In this document: positions 13,128 to 25,689 of the stretch, piece by piece
Numbering within the stretch: position 1 is the stretch's first letter
How the letters are laid out: every line of letters begins with the position of its first letter
Source: Octopus bimaculoides
Taxonomy: Eukaryota
Direction of reading: 5' to 3'
DNA length: 58,604 bases
NCBI RefSeq assembly: GCF_001194135.2
Contig: NC_068994.1
Coordinates: forward strand, 17,529,480-17,588,083
Notes under the pieces: generated by a model
Told to the model about the DNA's origin: nothing
The model's input: only the letters and a program-made list of their open reading frames with translations
The model's database searches: none
Position numbers and translations under genes: made by a program

Positions 13128-13699
13128 TGAACTATAAGTGGTGGAGCTTAACTTCCTCCTCTAACAAGGCTGTTGCTGGACTGCTCCAGCCCTCATATTT
13201 GTTGAGTCTGACTTCTCAGCACATTACTGCAGCAATCATCAGCAGACCTAGGATTTGTCTTGGATTGACTCGTCAACAGGTCAACACTGCAGCAATCTAC
13301 AATATATGTCTCTTCAGTAGATTCAGAGTCTAATAGATTTCCTGTAGAGAACTCAAACTTTCAGAGGGGGCTGTATCTTCTGGTTAGGCTTTGTCACTTC
13401 AATTGTCTGAGTATCTAAACACAGAAACACAAGAAATGTTGAATATTGATCTATAATCATAAACAAGTAGCTGTAAGAGTTATATGTTGGTAGAAAGCCT
13501 TTCAAGCCAACACAGATGTGTGGAAATGAAATGTTTAGCATGAAGAGATGACTAGAATTGTGATTTCAATTCTGAATATGCAATGCTTTCACTGTAAGTT
13601 TTTTAACATTTTTTTTTAACATTTTGCAAAGTTCTTAGATTTGACACAGTGCATCTGGCAAGAGTATTAGCAGCTGTGTTATCTCTTATGTCATAATTG

Positions 13700-13910
13700 T
13701 ACAAGGGTGTGCTGAAAAGTTCCTGGTTTTAAAAATATCACAAAAGGCCTGGTTGGAGGCCCAACCTTCTAAGTTCTTTTACAGGGCTTAGAAAACTGAA
13801 GGACCACTACAATAGGTGAATGACTCTGAGAGGGGAATAGGTTAAATAAAATCATAATTAACTGATCCCCTGTATTTTCTTTTACCCAAAGCTAGGAACT
13901 TTTTAGTGAT
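13700..13910. mobile_element. Mariner-derived MITE fragment
   Basis: TACAAGGGTGTGCTGAAAAGTTCCT ... AGGAACTTTTTAG, same TIR class as the 36 kb mariner. Confidence 0.65.
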
Positions 13911-14869
13911 AGTTCTGGCCAATCTTATCTTATCTTCATTTCCCTTCTGCTTTTGTGATTAAATATGAAATGACTACTTGTTGATCAGTGTCTAATGTAA
14001 AATGGCCTCAAAGTGAAAATGTTCTACATTTCCTAACACTTTCTGTGATAGTCATAGATTATCTTTTGACAAGAAATTTAGTCAAGGAGAAAGTGAATTT
14101 TGAGTGATTTGTTACACTGAGAAAGGACACTTGAGATTGTTGTCCCAGGAGCATCAGTTTCAATATATAGTGATATTTCAGTTAAGATAGGTGAGAGAAA
14201 GGTATTAACTGTTGAAATTTTAAGCAGATGAGCAACATCCAGGTGTCTTTCTTTGGTAGGGAAAATAAGATTTAACTGGGGTTGAATTAGTTTCAAGAAA
14301 AGAGATATCCATTTAGCAAGAAACTTGTAAAAGTTGATAGTTGTAATAGAGACTAATGTCTCTCTCTATCACCTTTCAACAGCATTATATATTAAGGAAC
14401 AGTAGAACAATTAACAACATAATAAAAATAAGTTTTATTTTTGATGATGCTTGGTTTATAAATCCTGTGTCACTCAGCTTAGCAGCCACTGATTAATTTG
14501 TAATCAACTTCCTTGATGCATGCCAGAGGAGCAAATAGCTATAATATCGATAGCATCGTGGTGAAGAGTGCTTCGATGAGGAGCGAGGTGTTGTCACGTA
14601 GAAGGTCTCTCGCTCAACTGTCTAAGAAAGTGAAACCAACTCTTTAAGTACTAGTTTTACTATGCATGCGCACTCGAGGGGCTTCCGGTGGTGAAGTCCC
14701 TTGAGCATGCGCAGAATAGTACTTCCTCAATGGCGGCTATAATTTCGTGCCACTACAAACTTAACAAACCTAGTAGTTATTGTGGCTGTTTAGTATTGCT
14801 AGGCACTGGGTAATCAATGAAGAGATTCAATCTTTCCAGGTCAGTTTGCAGAGAATTATTTTCTATTTT

Positions 14870-14938
14870 GTATCTTAGGTAACATGAAATTTTGTATCCT
14901 AGGTAACATAAAATAGTTGTTGTTATGGTGATAGCAAC
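14870..14938. promoter_or_regulatory. Tandem X-box-like motifs (GTATCTTAGGTAAC, GTATCCTAGGTAAC, ...TAGCAAC) in a DNAL1 intron
   Basis: Two 14-bp near-palindromes 24 bp apart plus a half site. Confidence 0.3.
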
Positions 14939-15277
14939 TGGAATCTGTAAAAATTTGCATTCTGCTGTTTAATGAAGATGTGATTGAAAGTAACTATTAT
15001 AATATTGTAAATTGATACAATCTGTAATATGACTGAAGACTGATAGTGAAATGAAGCTATTAAGCAGAGTGAGTTTTGTTGTTCAGTTGAGTCTAGGATT
15101 CAGCAACAAATTGATTCTCAGCTACCATCTAAAACATTTAAATGTAGTATACAAAACATGAATAGTATATGTCTGTATTTATTGAAAATGGCTGACTGCC
15201 AACCTTCAAATATGATATACCATAATGCATCTGAACTGGAAGTAGTATGTATATGTGTGTATGTGTGTGTATGCATG

Positions 15278-15430
15278 CACTAGTGTAGCTGGGGCGGGGG
15301 GCAATAGGTGCAGTCTGCCCTGGCTGGCACTTTTGGGTTTGCTATAAGCAATATATGTTTTCTGTGAGGTCCAGTCGGGTGGCAAATGGAAGGGCTGCCC
15401 CAGGCGGCACACACTCCAGCTACACTAATG
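15278..15430. mobile_element. hAT-type MITE
   Basis: TAGTGTAGCTGG / CCAGCTACACTA TIR; 8-bp TSD TATGCATG / TATGTATG. Confidence 0.75.
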
Positions 15431-15560
15431 TATGTATGTATGTATGCATGTGTGTGTGAGAGAGAAAGAGAGAAACTTCATACAGCATAACAAAACTAAC
15501 AAATAAAAAAGCTGACATTGGCTGTAACATATAAAGATTATTTCTTGTTTATTATTTCAG

Positions 15561-15614
15561 GTATTATATATGTCAAATAATGTAGTGAGTGACTGGAATG
15601 AATTCAATAAATTA
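15561..15614 (+). CDS. DNAL1: DNAL1 coding exon (VLYMSNNVVSDWNEFNKL)
   Basis: tatttcag|GTA...TTA|gtaag; 54 nt; matches ILYMSNNLVKDWAEFVKL. Confidence 0.96.
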
Positions 15615-16105
15615 GTAAGTAGAAATACAATTAATATAATTAATATCAAAGTACATAAGATGGTGGTGAGTTGGCAGAGTTGTTACCATGCTTGGGAAAA
15701 TGCTTGGCAGCATTTCTTCCAACTTTATGTTCTGTGTTCAAATGCCGCCAGGTTCACTTTCACCTTTCATCCTTTCAGGGTCAATAAAATAAGTACCAGT
15801 TGAACACTGGGATTGATGTAATCGACTTACTCTTCCTCTGAAATCACTTACCTTTTGCCAAAATTTGAAACCCTATGGAACACAGGCATTGATGACTTTT
15901 CTTCACTGCTCTCAAATCTGGGTTGTCTTTTCTTCTCCTAGCTCTGGTTGGTTTCAAATTGTTATTGATTATTTCTGTAATTTTGCAAGTTCTAGATTTG
16001 GATTTTGGCCCTATACAAACCCATTTTACCTCTGGGGAGAGGCAGTCCATATTAATCTACATTATTTACATTTGACGGATATTTGTCCTCATCTTGTTTG
16101 TTGTT

Positions 16106-16150
16106 AATACAACATTTCAGCTATATACCCTCCAGCCTTCATCAGGTGTC
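16106..16150 (-). ncRNA. Minimal type I hammerhead ribozyme motif in the 3' pLTR (CpG-decayed)
   Basis: GACAC CTGATGA A GGCTG..TAGCT GAAA TG TT GTATT. Confidence 0.6.
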
Positions 16151-17542
16151 TTGGGGAAATTTTGAACCTGGGTTCCCATTCCTAAGGTATTTTTTGATAT
16201 TATTATTATCATTATTCAAGTCACTTGGAATCTTGGAGTTAGTAGCCTGTGCTCTTAACCACTATTCCATATGTACGTGGGCAATTATGCAGTGAATTTT
16301 AGGGCTTATAAATCTAATATTTTCCTATCCTTCCTTAATACGGTTCCCATACGCTATTCGTATCTGCACTCAGTCTGCTTAGGAGGTTGTTGTGTCCTAG
16401 AATATGTGCTGCTTCTTTTAGTTTTCACATTTTCCATTGGCGTTTTCTGTCTATTATTTTAACTTCATCCCATAGGGGAAGGTGGTCTCCATTTTTCCAT
16501 ACATGATCAGCTATACCCGATTTATCAATATCTCCTCGTGTCACAGCTTTACGATGTTCCTCTAGCCTTATTTTGAGGGGGCGACATGTTTCACCTTTGT
16601 ATAACCTACCACAGCTGCATGGGATGGAGTACATGCAGTTTTTGGTCATATTCTCTTCTATTGGTGATTTTACTTGGAGATATTTGCTAAGTGTTGTATT
16701 ACTCTTGAATATTGTCCTGATGTCATATGGGCCGCATATCTTTTGTATCTTTTCAGAGAGGCCTTCACATAGGGTAGACAGACTGTGGATAGTTTATTGG
16801 TTTCATCCCTTCTTTTCTTCATAATTGGAGTGGATAGTATGTTCTTGGGGTAGTTGTTGCTTAATAGATTGTTAATGAGCTTGATCATTTTTCCCTGGTG
16901 TGTATCACGATCACTACTTATATTCTTTGCATGATGTTTTAGGAGCTGAGCAATCCCTCTCTTTACACTGTATGGATGGTGGGAATTGAAGTTGAGGTAT
17001 CATCCAGTGAAGGTCGGCTTGCAGTATACGGATGTCCTCAATCCATACTTGGTGCGTATTATTAATACATCCAGGAATGCTAGCTGATTGTCTTTTTCCT
17101 TTTCCATTGTGAACTGTATGGATAGCTTTATTGAGTTCACATGATCTAACAACACTTGGACATCTTCCTGGTGGGGCCAGAGTTTAAAGGTGTCATCAAC
17201 ATATTGCAGCCATAGGGTTTGTTTTCATGGTGTTGATCCTAAAGCCAAATTCTCAAAGTATTCCATGTATATATTGGCTATTATCAGTGATAATGGCAAA
17301 CCCATAGCTAAACCCTCTTCTTGTCGATATATATCAGTGTCCATACTGAAGTAGGTAGTTTCTACACAGAAGGTCAACATTTCCATCAAGTTTCTTATTG
17401 GTATACTAGTGCATTCTTTTAGATGGGTGTCTGTCACTAGTTTTTCTTGAATCACCAATAGTGTTTCACCAAAAAGAAAAAAGCAACAACAACAACAAAA
17501 AATACCTTAGGGATGAAAACTCGGGTTCAAAACTTTCCCCAA

Positions 17543-17588
17543 GACACCTGATGAAGGCTGGAGGGTATATCAGCCGAAACGCTGTGTT
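17543..17588 (+). ncRNA. Minimal type I hammerhead ribozyme motif in the inverted pLTR
   Basis: GACAC CTGATGA A GGCTG gagggtatat CAGCC GAAA CG CT GTGTT; stems I and II pair; U16.1 is mutated to C. Confidence 0.65.
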
Positions 17589-19618
17589 AACAACAAACAA
17601 GATGAGGACAAATATCTGTCAANNNNNNNNNNCCGAAACGCTGTGTTAACAACAAACAAGATGAGGACAAATATCTGTCAAATGTAAATAATGTACATAG
17701 TTCCTCGTCTCTTAAATATAGAACTACATATTAATCTAGTCTCTGTCCTTTGACCTGTCCAGCATAGGAGGTCCTACAAGGAGTTTGTTTTCCACGGGCA
17801 TAGTTGTCATGGTCATTGAGGCAAACAAACCACCACACTGCAACAAAGACTGGACCTTGTGGTGGTGATATATGTCTGTAAGAATTATACACATACTATA
17901 TATATATATAAAGGGTGAAAACCCCCTTTGATCATGAACGACCACAGGATTGCACCTAGAAAGTTCCCTTCTGAGGCACAAGTCCAGGCAAGGTTGTTTA
18001 TGGAAGACCAGCAGTTGCCCGTGCATACCAGCCTCCCCTCTCCATGCCACCGATGTTATCCAAAAGGAAAACAACTTTGTTGTTAATAATAAACAATTAT
18101 TAACTTCCTAATCTCCATTTTCTTCTTTTAAATAGATATAAACTATATGCTTTATATACACCTATTGTTTCAAGATAATTTCATTCCCCCAAAATATTAG
18201 GTATTGAACCAGTATTTTCTTGGATGCAACCAGCCCTTCACGAGGTTAACATACCCTTTAATTAAACTCTTACTTAAAGAACAGGTAAGGGTTTGTGACA
18301 GGAGAAGCATCCTGCTGTAAAACAATGCTTCAATATTAAGTATTTATTTAATCCAACTAGCATGGAAAAGTGAGCATAAAAATGAATGAAAATATATATG
18401 ATATGCTTCCATTTGATTTTCATCTCCTAAATTCCACTCAAGAAGGTATTGGTCAACCGGAGGCAATGGCAAAAAAGAGATTTCTCTAAATTGTTACACT
18501 GAGGGATTGAACTTTAAATCACAGAGTTGCAAAACACAGTTCATCATTATATCATACACATAACTCAGACATTTTTATCAGAAACAGCAATACTCTGATT
18601 TCATGAGTACAGAATAAAGATTGAGCTAACTACAACAAAACATATCATCATCATCATCATTTAACATTTGTTTTTCACACTGGGATGGGTTGTTGGATGG
18701 TTTCACAGGAACTGGTAAGGTCAGAGGCTACACCAGGTTCCATAATCTGTTTTGGCTTGGTTTCTATGGTTGGGTGCCCTTTCTAATGCCAACCACTCCA
18801 CAGAGTGTACTGGGTGCTTTTTATGTGGCACTATCACCATTGCTTTTTAAGTGGCACCACCACCAATGCCTTTTTATGTGGCACTGGCACCCACACCAAT
18901 GCTTTTTATGTGGTACCATCACCCACACCAATGCTTTTTACATGGCACCTTGATTTTAGAATCTCAATTCTGTTGTGGTGGGCAGGTCTTCTCAAGTACA
19001 GCAATGTGCATGCATGGATGTTTGTGTCTCCTTGTCTTGACATCATGCAATAATTATAAACATGCTTCAACATATATGCAATATTATTCCATTCCAATCC
19101 TCTATGGAAACATGTCTGGGCATGGAAAAATATTACTTTGCTTGGAAACAGGTGATGATTGGTGACAGGAAGTGCATCCAGCCATTGAAAGATCTGTTTA
19201 AACAAATTGCATTTGAGCCATGTAAGAATGGAAAAGTACACAATGGCTTGCGAAGACCTGTTGGGGTAAGCGAAAGCAAAATCGTGATGGCACCTGTATC
19301 AATAAATCACTAAGAGCACCATCCGAGGGTGATCATTGCCAGAGCACCAGCTGTCTGGCTTTCGTGCCGGTGGCACGTAAAAGCACCCACTACACTCTCT
19401 GAGTGGTTGGCGTTAGGAAGGGCATCCAGCTGTAGAAACTCTGCCAAATCAGATTGAAGCCTGGTGTAGCCATCTGGTTCACCAGTCCTCAGTCAAATCG
19501 TCCAACCCATGCTAGCATGGAAAGCGGACGTTAAACGATGATGATGATTTGTAGCAGAAATTGTATTTCATTTGTTAAAGTATTTTTTGTTTACATGAAT
19601 TTTTTACTTTTATTCCAG

Positions 19619-19655
19619 GCTGATCTACCTCTTCTTGAAGATCTTGTATTTGTAG
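19619..19655 (+). CDS. DNAL1: DNAL1 coding exon (ADLPLLEDLVFV-G)
   Basis: tattccag|GCT...GTAG|gtatg; 37 nt; matches AELPCLEDLVFVG. Confidence 0.96.
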
Positions 19656-20230
19656 GTATGTTTCATTTACACGCTCTTCTACCTCCTCCTCTCCTCCCCT
19701 CCTCTTTTTCCACCTCTTCCTCCCCCACAGCAAACGATCTCAGATCAGGTCAGTTGCTATGCAAGTACATCTCTGTATTTATACTAGTTCTCTTTTATTA
19801 TTATTTCTTGGCTTGAGAAGGGAAAAAAATAAGACAGAAGAATAGGAATAAATGGGTAGGAGTTGCTTTGTGTTGTGCTGCACCTGGAAACAAAAAGAGC
19901 AATTTATGACTCAAATCTATAGCTGATTACCATGTCAGCCATTATAATGAACCCAGCTGGCAGTAAGTGATTTGGAATAGGCTTCTCATGATCCTGTGTT
20001 TGCAATGAAAGAACAGTATGTACAAGCTGGTCTAGGAGAGGATATAAGATACTTCCTGACTGTTACAGTATTCTGTTCAAGTTCTTGATTAAAGAAATGG
20101 TTTCACAACTTTAATTTTCACAACACTTTTTTGAATAATTAAAATTATGCACTTTGATTTTACTTCACACTATATGGTAACAAATGCACACACATTTTAT
20201 TTACATGTTTGGAAATGTTTATATTTCCAG

Positions 20231-20317
20231 GAAATCCTCTTGAAGAATCGCATTCAGCTGCAGGAGACTGGAGAGATTTGGTGGCCAAGAAACTACCAAA
20301 ACTTAAGAAACTTGATG
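20231..20317 (+). CDS. DNAL1: DNAL1 coding exon ([30 protein letters not shown])
   Basis: tttccag|GA...GATG|gtttg; 87 nt; LRR cap PKLKKLDG; the Asn equivalent to human N150 is conserved. Confidence 0.96.
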
Positions 20318-20701
20318 GTTTGTGCTGTTTTTATTTTCAAAATCCTTTTAAATTCTTTGCTTAACATTACAGGGATATTCAAAAATAAGTTAGGGGAAGC
20401 TCCTGTAGCAAGTCAAATCTACAACAGGACTTATATTCTTGTATTCTTATATTCTCAGCTGAAGACATTTTACCTCACTTACAATTCTAATGTTTTTGGA
20501 GATGAACATCACAAAATTTTATTTACTATTCCTATAAAATATAGAATTTATCTGTCTCAATGAAAGAAACCATCATAACTTCTCTGTTCATGGCTTAGTG
20601 AAAGGTGAAAGGTATTGTTCATGAAACTTTTGCAAGAATGCAATGTTGGTTAGAGGAAAGCAAGGAGTTATCCTTATACAAGAAACCTGAATGCAGTAGA
20701 G

Positions 20702-20732
<31 letters not shown>

Positions 20733-20930
20733 GGTGGTGGTGGTGGTGGTGGTGTTGGTGGCAGCGGCGGCGGCGACGGTGACGACGACGACGATGACGA
20801 TGATGATGCTGACACTGCCATTGTTGTTTGTACAACTGACATGCTCTGATTTCTATAATTTCAGTAGATTATGACTGAGTTTCTTTACCTTTACCAAAAT
20901 TACTCTATGCTTTTTTTTTTCTTTCAACAG

Positions 20931-20965
20931 GGGTCCCTATTATTCGAATGGAAGAAGAAGAATGA
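20931..20965 (+). CDS. DNAL1: DNAL1 last coding exon (G-VPIIRMEEEE*)
   Basis: poly-T tract, caacag|GG...TGA; acidic tail like human GTPVIKGDEEEDN; the nine exons total 570 nt in one frame. Confidence 0.93.
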
Positions 20966-22605
20966 AAACAGACAATGTTCATTACTTCACAAAAGTGGTT
21001 ATACAAGTGCATTTTTCATTTTCCATCTTTTTTTTTTTCAATTTTTTTCTTTTATTTATAATTTCTATGAAATTAAAATACAAAGACAGTATTGGTAAAA
21101 AGAATGTAACACCATAGTTACCTATTGACCTAACATATATATGTATTTGTATATGTGTGCGTGTATGTGTGTGTACACACATATAAACATACACATACAT
21201 ACACATGAATTTACCAATGAGAGGAAAAGTACGCAACACATATAGTAAAGTTTATATCAAAAGCTAAGAATTCTCTTTGCTGTATCTTCTGAGTCTCATA
21301 TCCATTCTTTTTACTGAGGTACTCAGAGAAGTGATAAATGAAAAGCTCAGCTTTGAACAAATAAATGCTCACATTTATGTGTGAATGAATAACTTATAAA
21401 TATTCAAGTTAATATTTCTTTCTCTCTTCCAAAGCTACTTAAAACTGTCTTTGATCTTACTTGATTTTTTTCTAAATATAACATTCATTTTGTCTCTTTG
21501 GGTATATGACTGCCTTGCTCTACTGGGACATAGTTACATGTCTTGAAGACTTTGTCTTCATGCTAAGTATCCAAGTATAACAGTTAATATATACCTGATA
21601 CCACAACTTAACAAAGCATGCATCATCTATACAATGCCCCTTATACTCTTAGGAACATAAGTATTGGAAGGTGGATTATTGAATTTATGGGTCTGAGTCA
21701 CAGACACAATACAGAGCCACAGATGAGAAACAAACTGTGGACCCATATTGGTTTTAAATGTTAGCACAAGGCCAACAACTTTAAGGAGTGAGTAATTCAA
21801 TTACATCAACCCCAGTGTTCAACTGATACTTATTTTATCAACCCTGAACAAATGAAAGGTGAAGTCAGCATCGGCGAAATTTGAACTCAGAACGTAAACA
21901 CAGATAAAATGCTGCAAAGCATTTTGTACTGCATGCTAACAATTCTGCCAGCTTGCTGCCTTTGACTGTGCACCCATATTAAAAAGTTGTTTGTAAAGTT
22001 GAAAATAAGCAAAGCTAATCTTTTCATGTACTACTGAGGTCAGCTTAGCTAACACTTAATTCTGGTTTCTATAGCATTAACCAGATAAGAGAAAAATCTT
22101 CTTTCCTCTTGATTAGAATATTATAGATAACTAACACTCTTCAGTTTGGCAATGCTACCACTACTTATATTGATGAATTATACTTGTTTTGTGGTACCAG
22201 GTGAAGTGGGCTATCAACTCTTTAACATTTAAACCAACCATATCCAGCCCAAATATTCTACCTGTTTTATGTTCAAACCAGCCAGACCTGGACTCTCATA
22301 CCTATCCTACAATGTCATTCTAAAAATATACAGTCACATCATCAAAATCTCAAAGTTACAGGAAAATGCATAATTAATTAAAAGTGTTGTGATTAAATAC
22401 ATTTGATAAAGTAATCTGAATGTTAAAGGGACAAGAGCTAAATGCCTTAAATGCCTTCATTAGAGATGCAGTAAAATATTTGTGGCAGGATATAAACTCT
22501 AAATTCCTCAGTTCATTCTCCCCTCAACCCAGGGATATGCAATGCTTTCTTAAATGTATCTGACATATATGTAAAATAGAACCAGCCTATTCTGTACTTC
22601 TGCCA

Positions 22606-22643
<38 letters not shown>

Positions 22644-22745
22644 CAAATAAAAGGGTAAAGGAATATTAATTTTTTAATAAATTAATAATTAATAATTTTT
22701 ATCAAGCACTTCCGTGAAGAACTTATTTAAAAGTTCTTATAAATT

Positions 22746-22914
22746 TATAAACATAGTTAAGGGATCAGCAACAGTTGCTTCACCACATACCAAAGTTCAG
22801 AAATAGCAGCTAAAGTGCTAAAGCTCCAACAGATAGCTTTAGCACTTTAGCTGCTATTTCTGAACTTCGGTATGTGGTGAAGCAACTGTTGCTGATCCCT
22901 TAACTATGTTTATA
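22746..22914. repeat. Long inverted repeat: 80-bp arms, 9-nt loop, 1 mismatch
   Basis: 22746-22825 vs 22835-22914; related hairpin at about 48108-48342. Confidence 0.9.
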
Positions 22915-24083
22915 TATATATATATATGTATTTATTCAAGTATGAATGAGAAGCAGCCCTAGGGATATAAACCATATTGAACACACATACAAAACACATA
23001 TCTCGAGTATGTGTGTTTGATATTGTTTATATGTATTTATATAAATATCAATTATAAGTATAAACATATTTCTATAAATATTATATTGATAGAGACAAAG
23101 GCATCTATACATCTTTATTTGCATTTCATGCTGCGTTTCATATTGCTTTGTCCTTCAACAGTTGCAGTAATAAATCAGTCTTTCTATGAGAAGACATTGC
23201 TAACCCCTCAATCAACCTTTCTCTATTTCTGGAAAAAGGAAAACTCTGAGTGGTCCACCCACAGCCCCTCGCATGGTACAGTATAACCAATTTGAAGAAA
23301 GTGAGAATAAGAGAGAAAGAAAGTGAAATCAACCTTAGTACTTAACTGATTCTTTAATTATCGACCTCAGAAGCATGGAAAATAAAGTTGACTTTGACAA
23401 GATTTGGACACAAAATATAAAGAACCAGAATAAAAACAAGGCTTTGCTGATTATATTGATATAGACATATATTTCTAATTAATTTTAAACTTTTACATTA
23501 TTTCCAATGCAATAAAGGCTAAAAAAATTTATACATCTTTATTTGCATCTTTATTTGCATTTTTGTACATAAAAATGTACAAAAACTAAAATCAATAGAG
23601 AAAAAAATTTTTGATGATGTAATCACTTTTAAGGTAACACAATTAAAGCAAGTCAATGCAAGTCAATTAGATATTTGTCATTTCAATTCATCCTATTATG
23701 ATTCAAATTTTACATTTCCCTATCAATTTTATAAATATTTGGAGACAATAATGGAAAGAAGTTTATAATGAAAGAATAAAATTGAAATAAAGATATCAGT
23801 ATCCAGTATATTTTTGCCTTAATATTATTCATTGTTGATATATTATTCTGTATAATATTTATTGTTAATTGCACTGTTATTTCCTATTTGCTTACCCCTA
23901 AAAAGTATGAGAAATAACACTTACCGACCAAAATTTTGTTACACAGGGTTATTCATCAATCAGGACTTTGATGTAGCCTTGTTTTTTGGTTGTGACTGAG
24001 CATAGTAATGCACCAGCTCCAGCATCTGATTCTCAGAAGAGGAGGGGTTGATAAAAAAAGTTAAACTTGTTATCTTCAGTTTG

Positions 24084-24381
24084 GTTTCCATGTCTCTCCT
24101 CACCTGTTCTCAGGAATGTTGGGTAATGACTAAAAGAGTAAGATTGTGAATACAAGCATCAGAAATGGGGGTTCTCTAAAGGATTTTTGATTAATGTTAT
24201 TCTACAGGGTGCGTAGCACAGAGTTCAATTCTGTTTCCATGCCTCTCCTCACTTGCGGTCAAGAATGTTGGGTAATGATTAAAAGAGTAAGATTGTGAAT
24301 ACAAGTATCACAAATGGACTTCCTCTGAAGGATCTTAGAGTAATGTTACTCTACAGGGTGTGTATCACAGAGATCAGGGTG
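24084..24381. repeat. Diverged tandem duplication, period 149 bp
   Basis: GTTTCCATG[T/C]CTCTCCTCAC at 24084 and 24233, with colinear similarity. Confidence 0.85.
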
Positions 24382-24978
24382 TCTCTCCAGGGTGTGTTAC
24401 TACTTCTCTGCATTGAGAGGTTATTACTATGGCACTATAGATATGCAATTAGAATGTCACAGGAAGTAATCACAGTAATCTTAAAGCCAAGCCACCAGCA
24501 AACCTGTATATCTGCATCATGAGATCATTTTGAAAGAACAACAAAAAAAGAAAAAAACACTTTGGAATATAACTAACAAAGCTTTTTTTTTTCTTCTATA
24601 TATATGTTTAAAAACTGTTGAATAAAATTAGTTCCCAAAGGGCATATAAGATTAGAATCTATCATGTTCAACAATAAAAAGAATAAGATTTCAGATAAAA
24701 GTAAAATGGAAGACAGTCTCAATTTCGATGTTTTATTCTGCAAAACTTCAATTTAACATTGAAAGCAATTTATAACTTTTATAACTAAACCTTCTAAGAT
24801 GAGCCCTATGAGAGAGCCTCAACATGTAAATTTGATGTGCCTCCTTAAAAAATATATATGATATAGTTTTAAATACCTTCAAAAAAGCAAGAATGGTCAC
24901 AGCTGGAATACCTTTGATTATAAGTTCTGGTCAATCTGGGGCTACAGAATTCAAATTTAGCATGGCCAATGAAAACTG

Positions 24979-25013
<35 letters not shown>

Positions 25014-25014
<1 letters not shown>

Positions 25015-25566
25015 GTGAGAAAGCAGTGAAGCCATCAAACTGACACTGCTGTAAAATATATGAAGCCCATTATACCCATCATGACTACCCGTCTGATAAG
25101 GGTACACCAGGCACATGCACCACAACCATATGTGCACGACATGGTGATCTCATATCAAGATAAACAGCGCATGACCTCGCAGGTGGGGCCCAGTTAGAAT
25201 TTTTTTCAGGTCGAGTAGCCCATCCCGCTCAAAAGGTCCCTGAATAAGGTTTGTTTAAGGATGCTGAGCAAAACACCCATGTTTCGAAAGGTGAATTATT
25301 CAAACCCCAAAGAATTCCTCTCAATACATGACTATGATGTTCCCCCCACTACTTCTGCTCATGATCAGAGATGCACATATCGTCAGCCACCAAGGGACAT
25401 GCTCAACTGGTTAAGGTCAAACAACAGACAAGCAAATCTGTGGTATTAAGCAGAATATTTGCTGTAGCCCATCTTTTATACCAAGACAAAACAATGTACA
25501 TGATAACACTTCCAATCAATTAAGATCAGAAGCCATGAGAGCCACTACCTGGTACTGCATCCGGGC

Positions 25567-25567
<1 letters not shown>
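25014..25567 (-). mobile_element. About 550-bp non-coding interspersed repeat inserted in (AAT)n, copy 1
   Basis: Reverse complement of 53376-53902; flanked by (ATT)n on both sides; strand arbitrary. Confidence 0.8.
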
Positions 25568-25629
<62 letters not shown>

Positions 25630-25689
25630 CATTATTAACAAATAGTAGTCTGCCTTGAAAAGAGCAATTAGGTTTAGAAAGGCATTAGC

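Larger units (their letters stand above)
16055..17730 (-). mobile_element. Penelope-like retroelement (decayed RT + GIY-YIG) with inverted terminal repeats (pLTRs)
   Basis: Minus strand reads GLAMGLPLSLIIANIYME / YVDDTF (PLE RT) and MYSIPCSCGRLYKGETCRPLKIRLEEH (GIY-YIG); about 16055-16200 is the reverse complement of about 17500-17700. Confidence 0.92.

Noticed and set aside
17573-17680. Exact 49-bp direct repeat either side of a 10-N gap
   Set aside because: Typical overlapping contig ends, an assembly artefact
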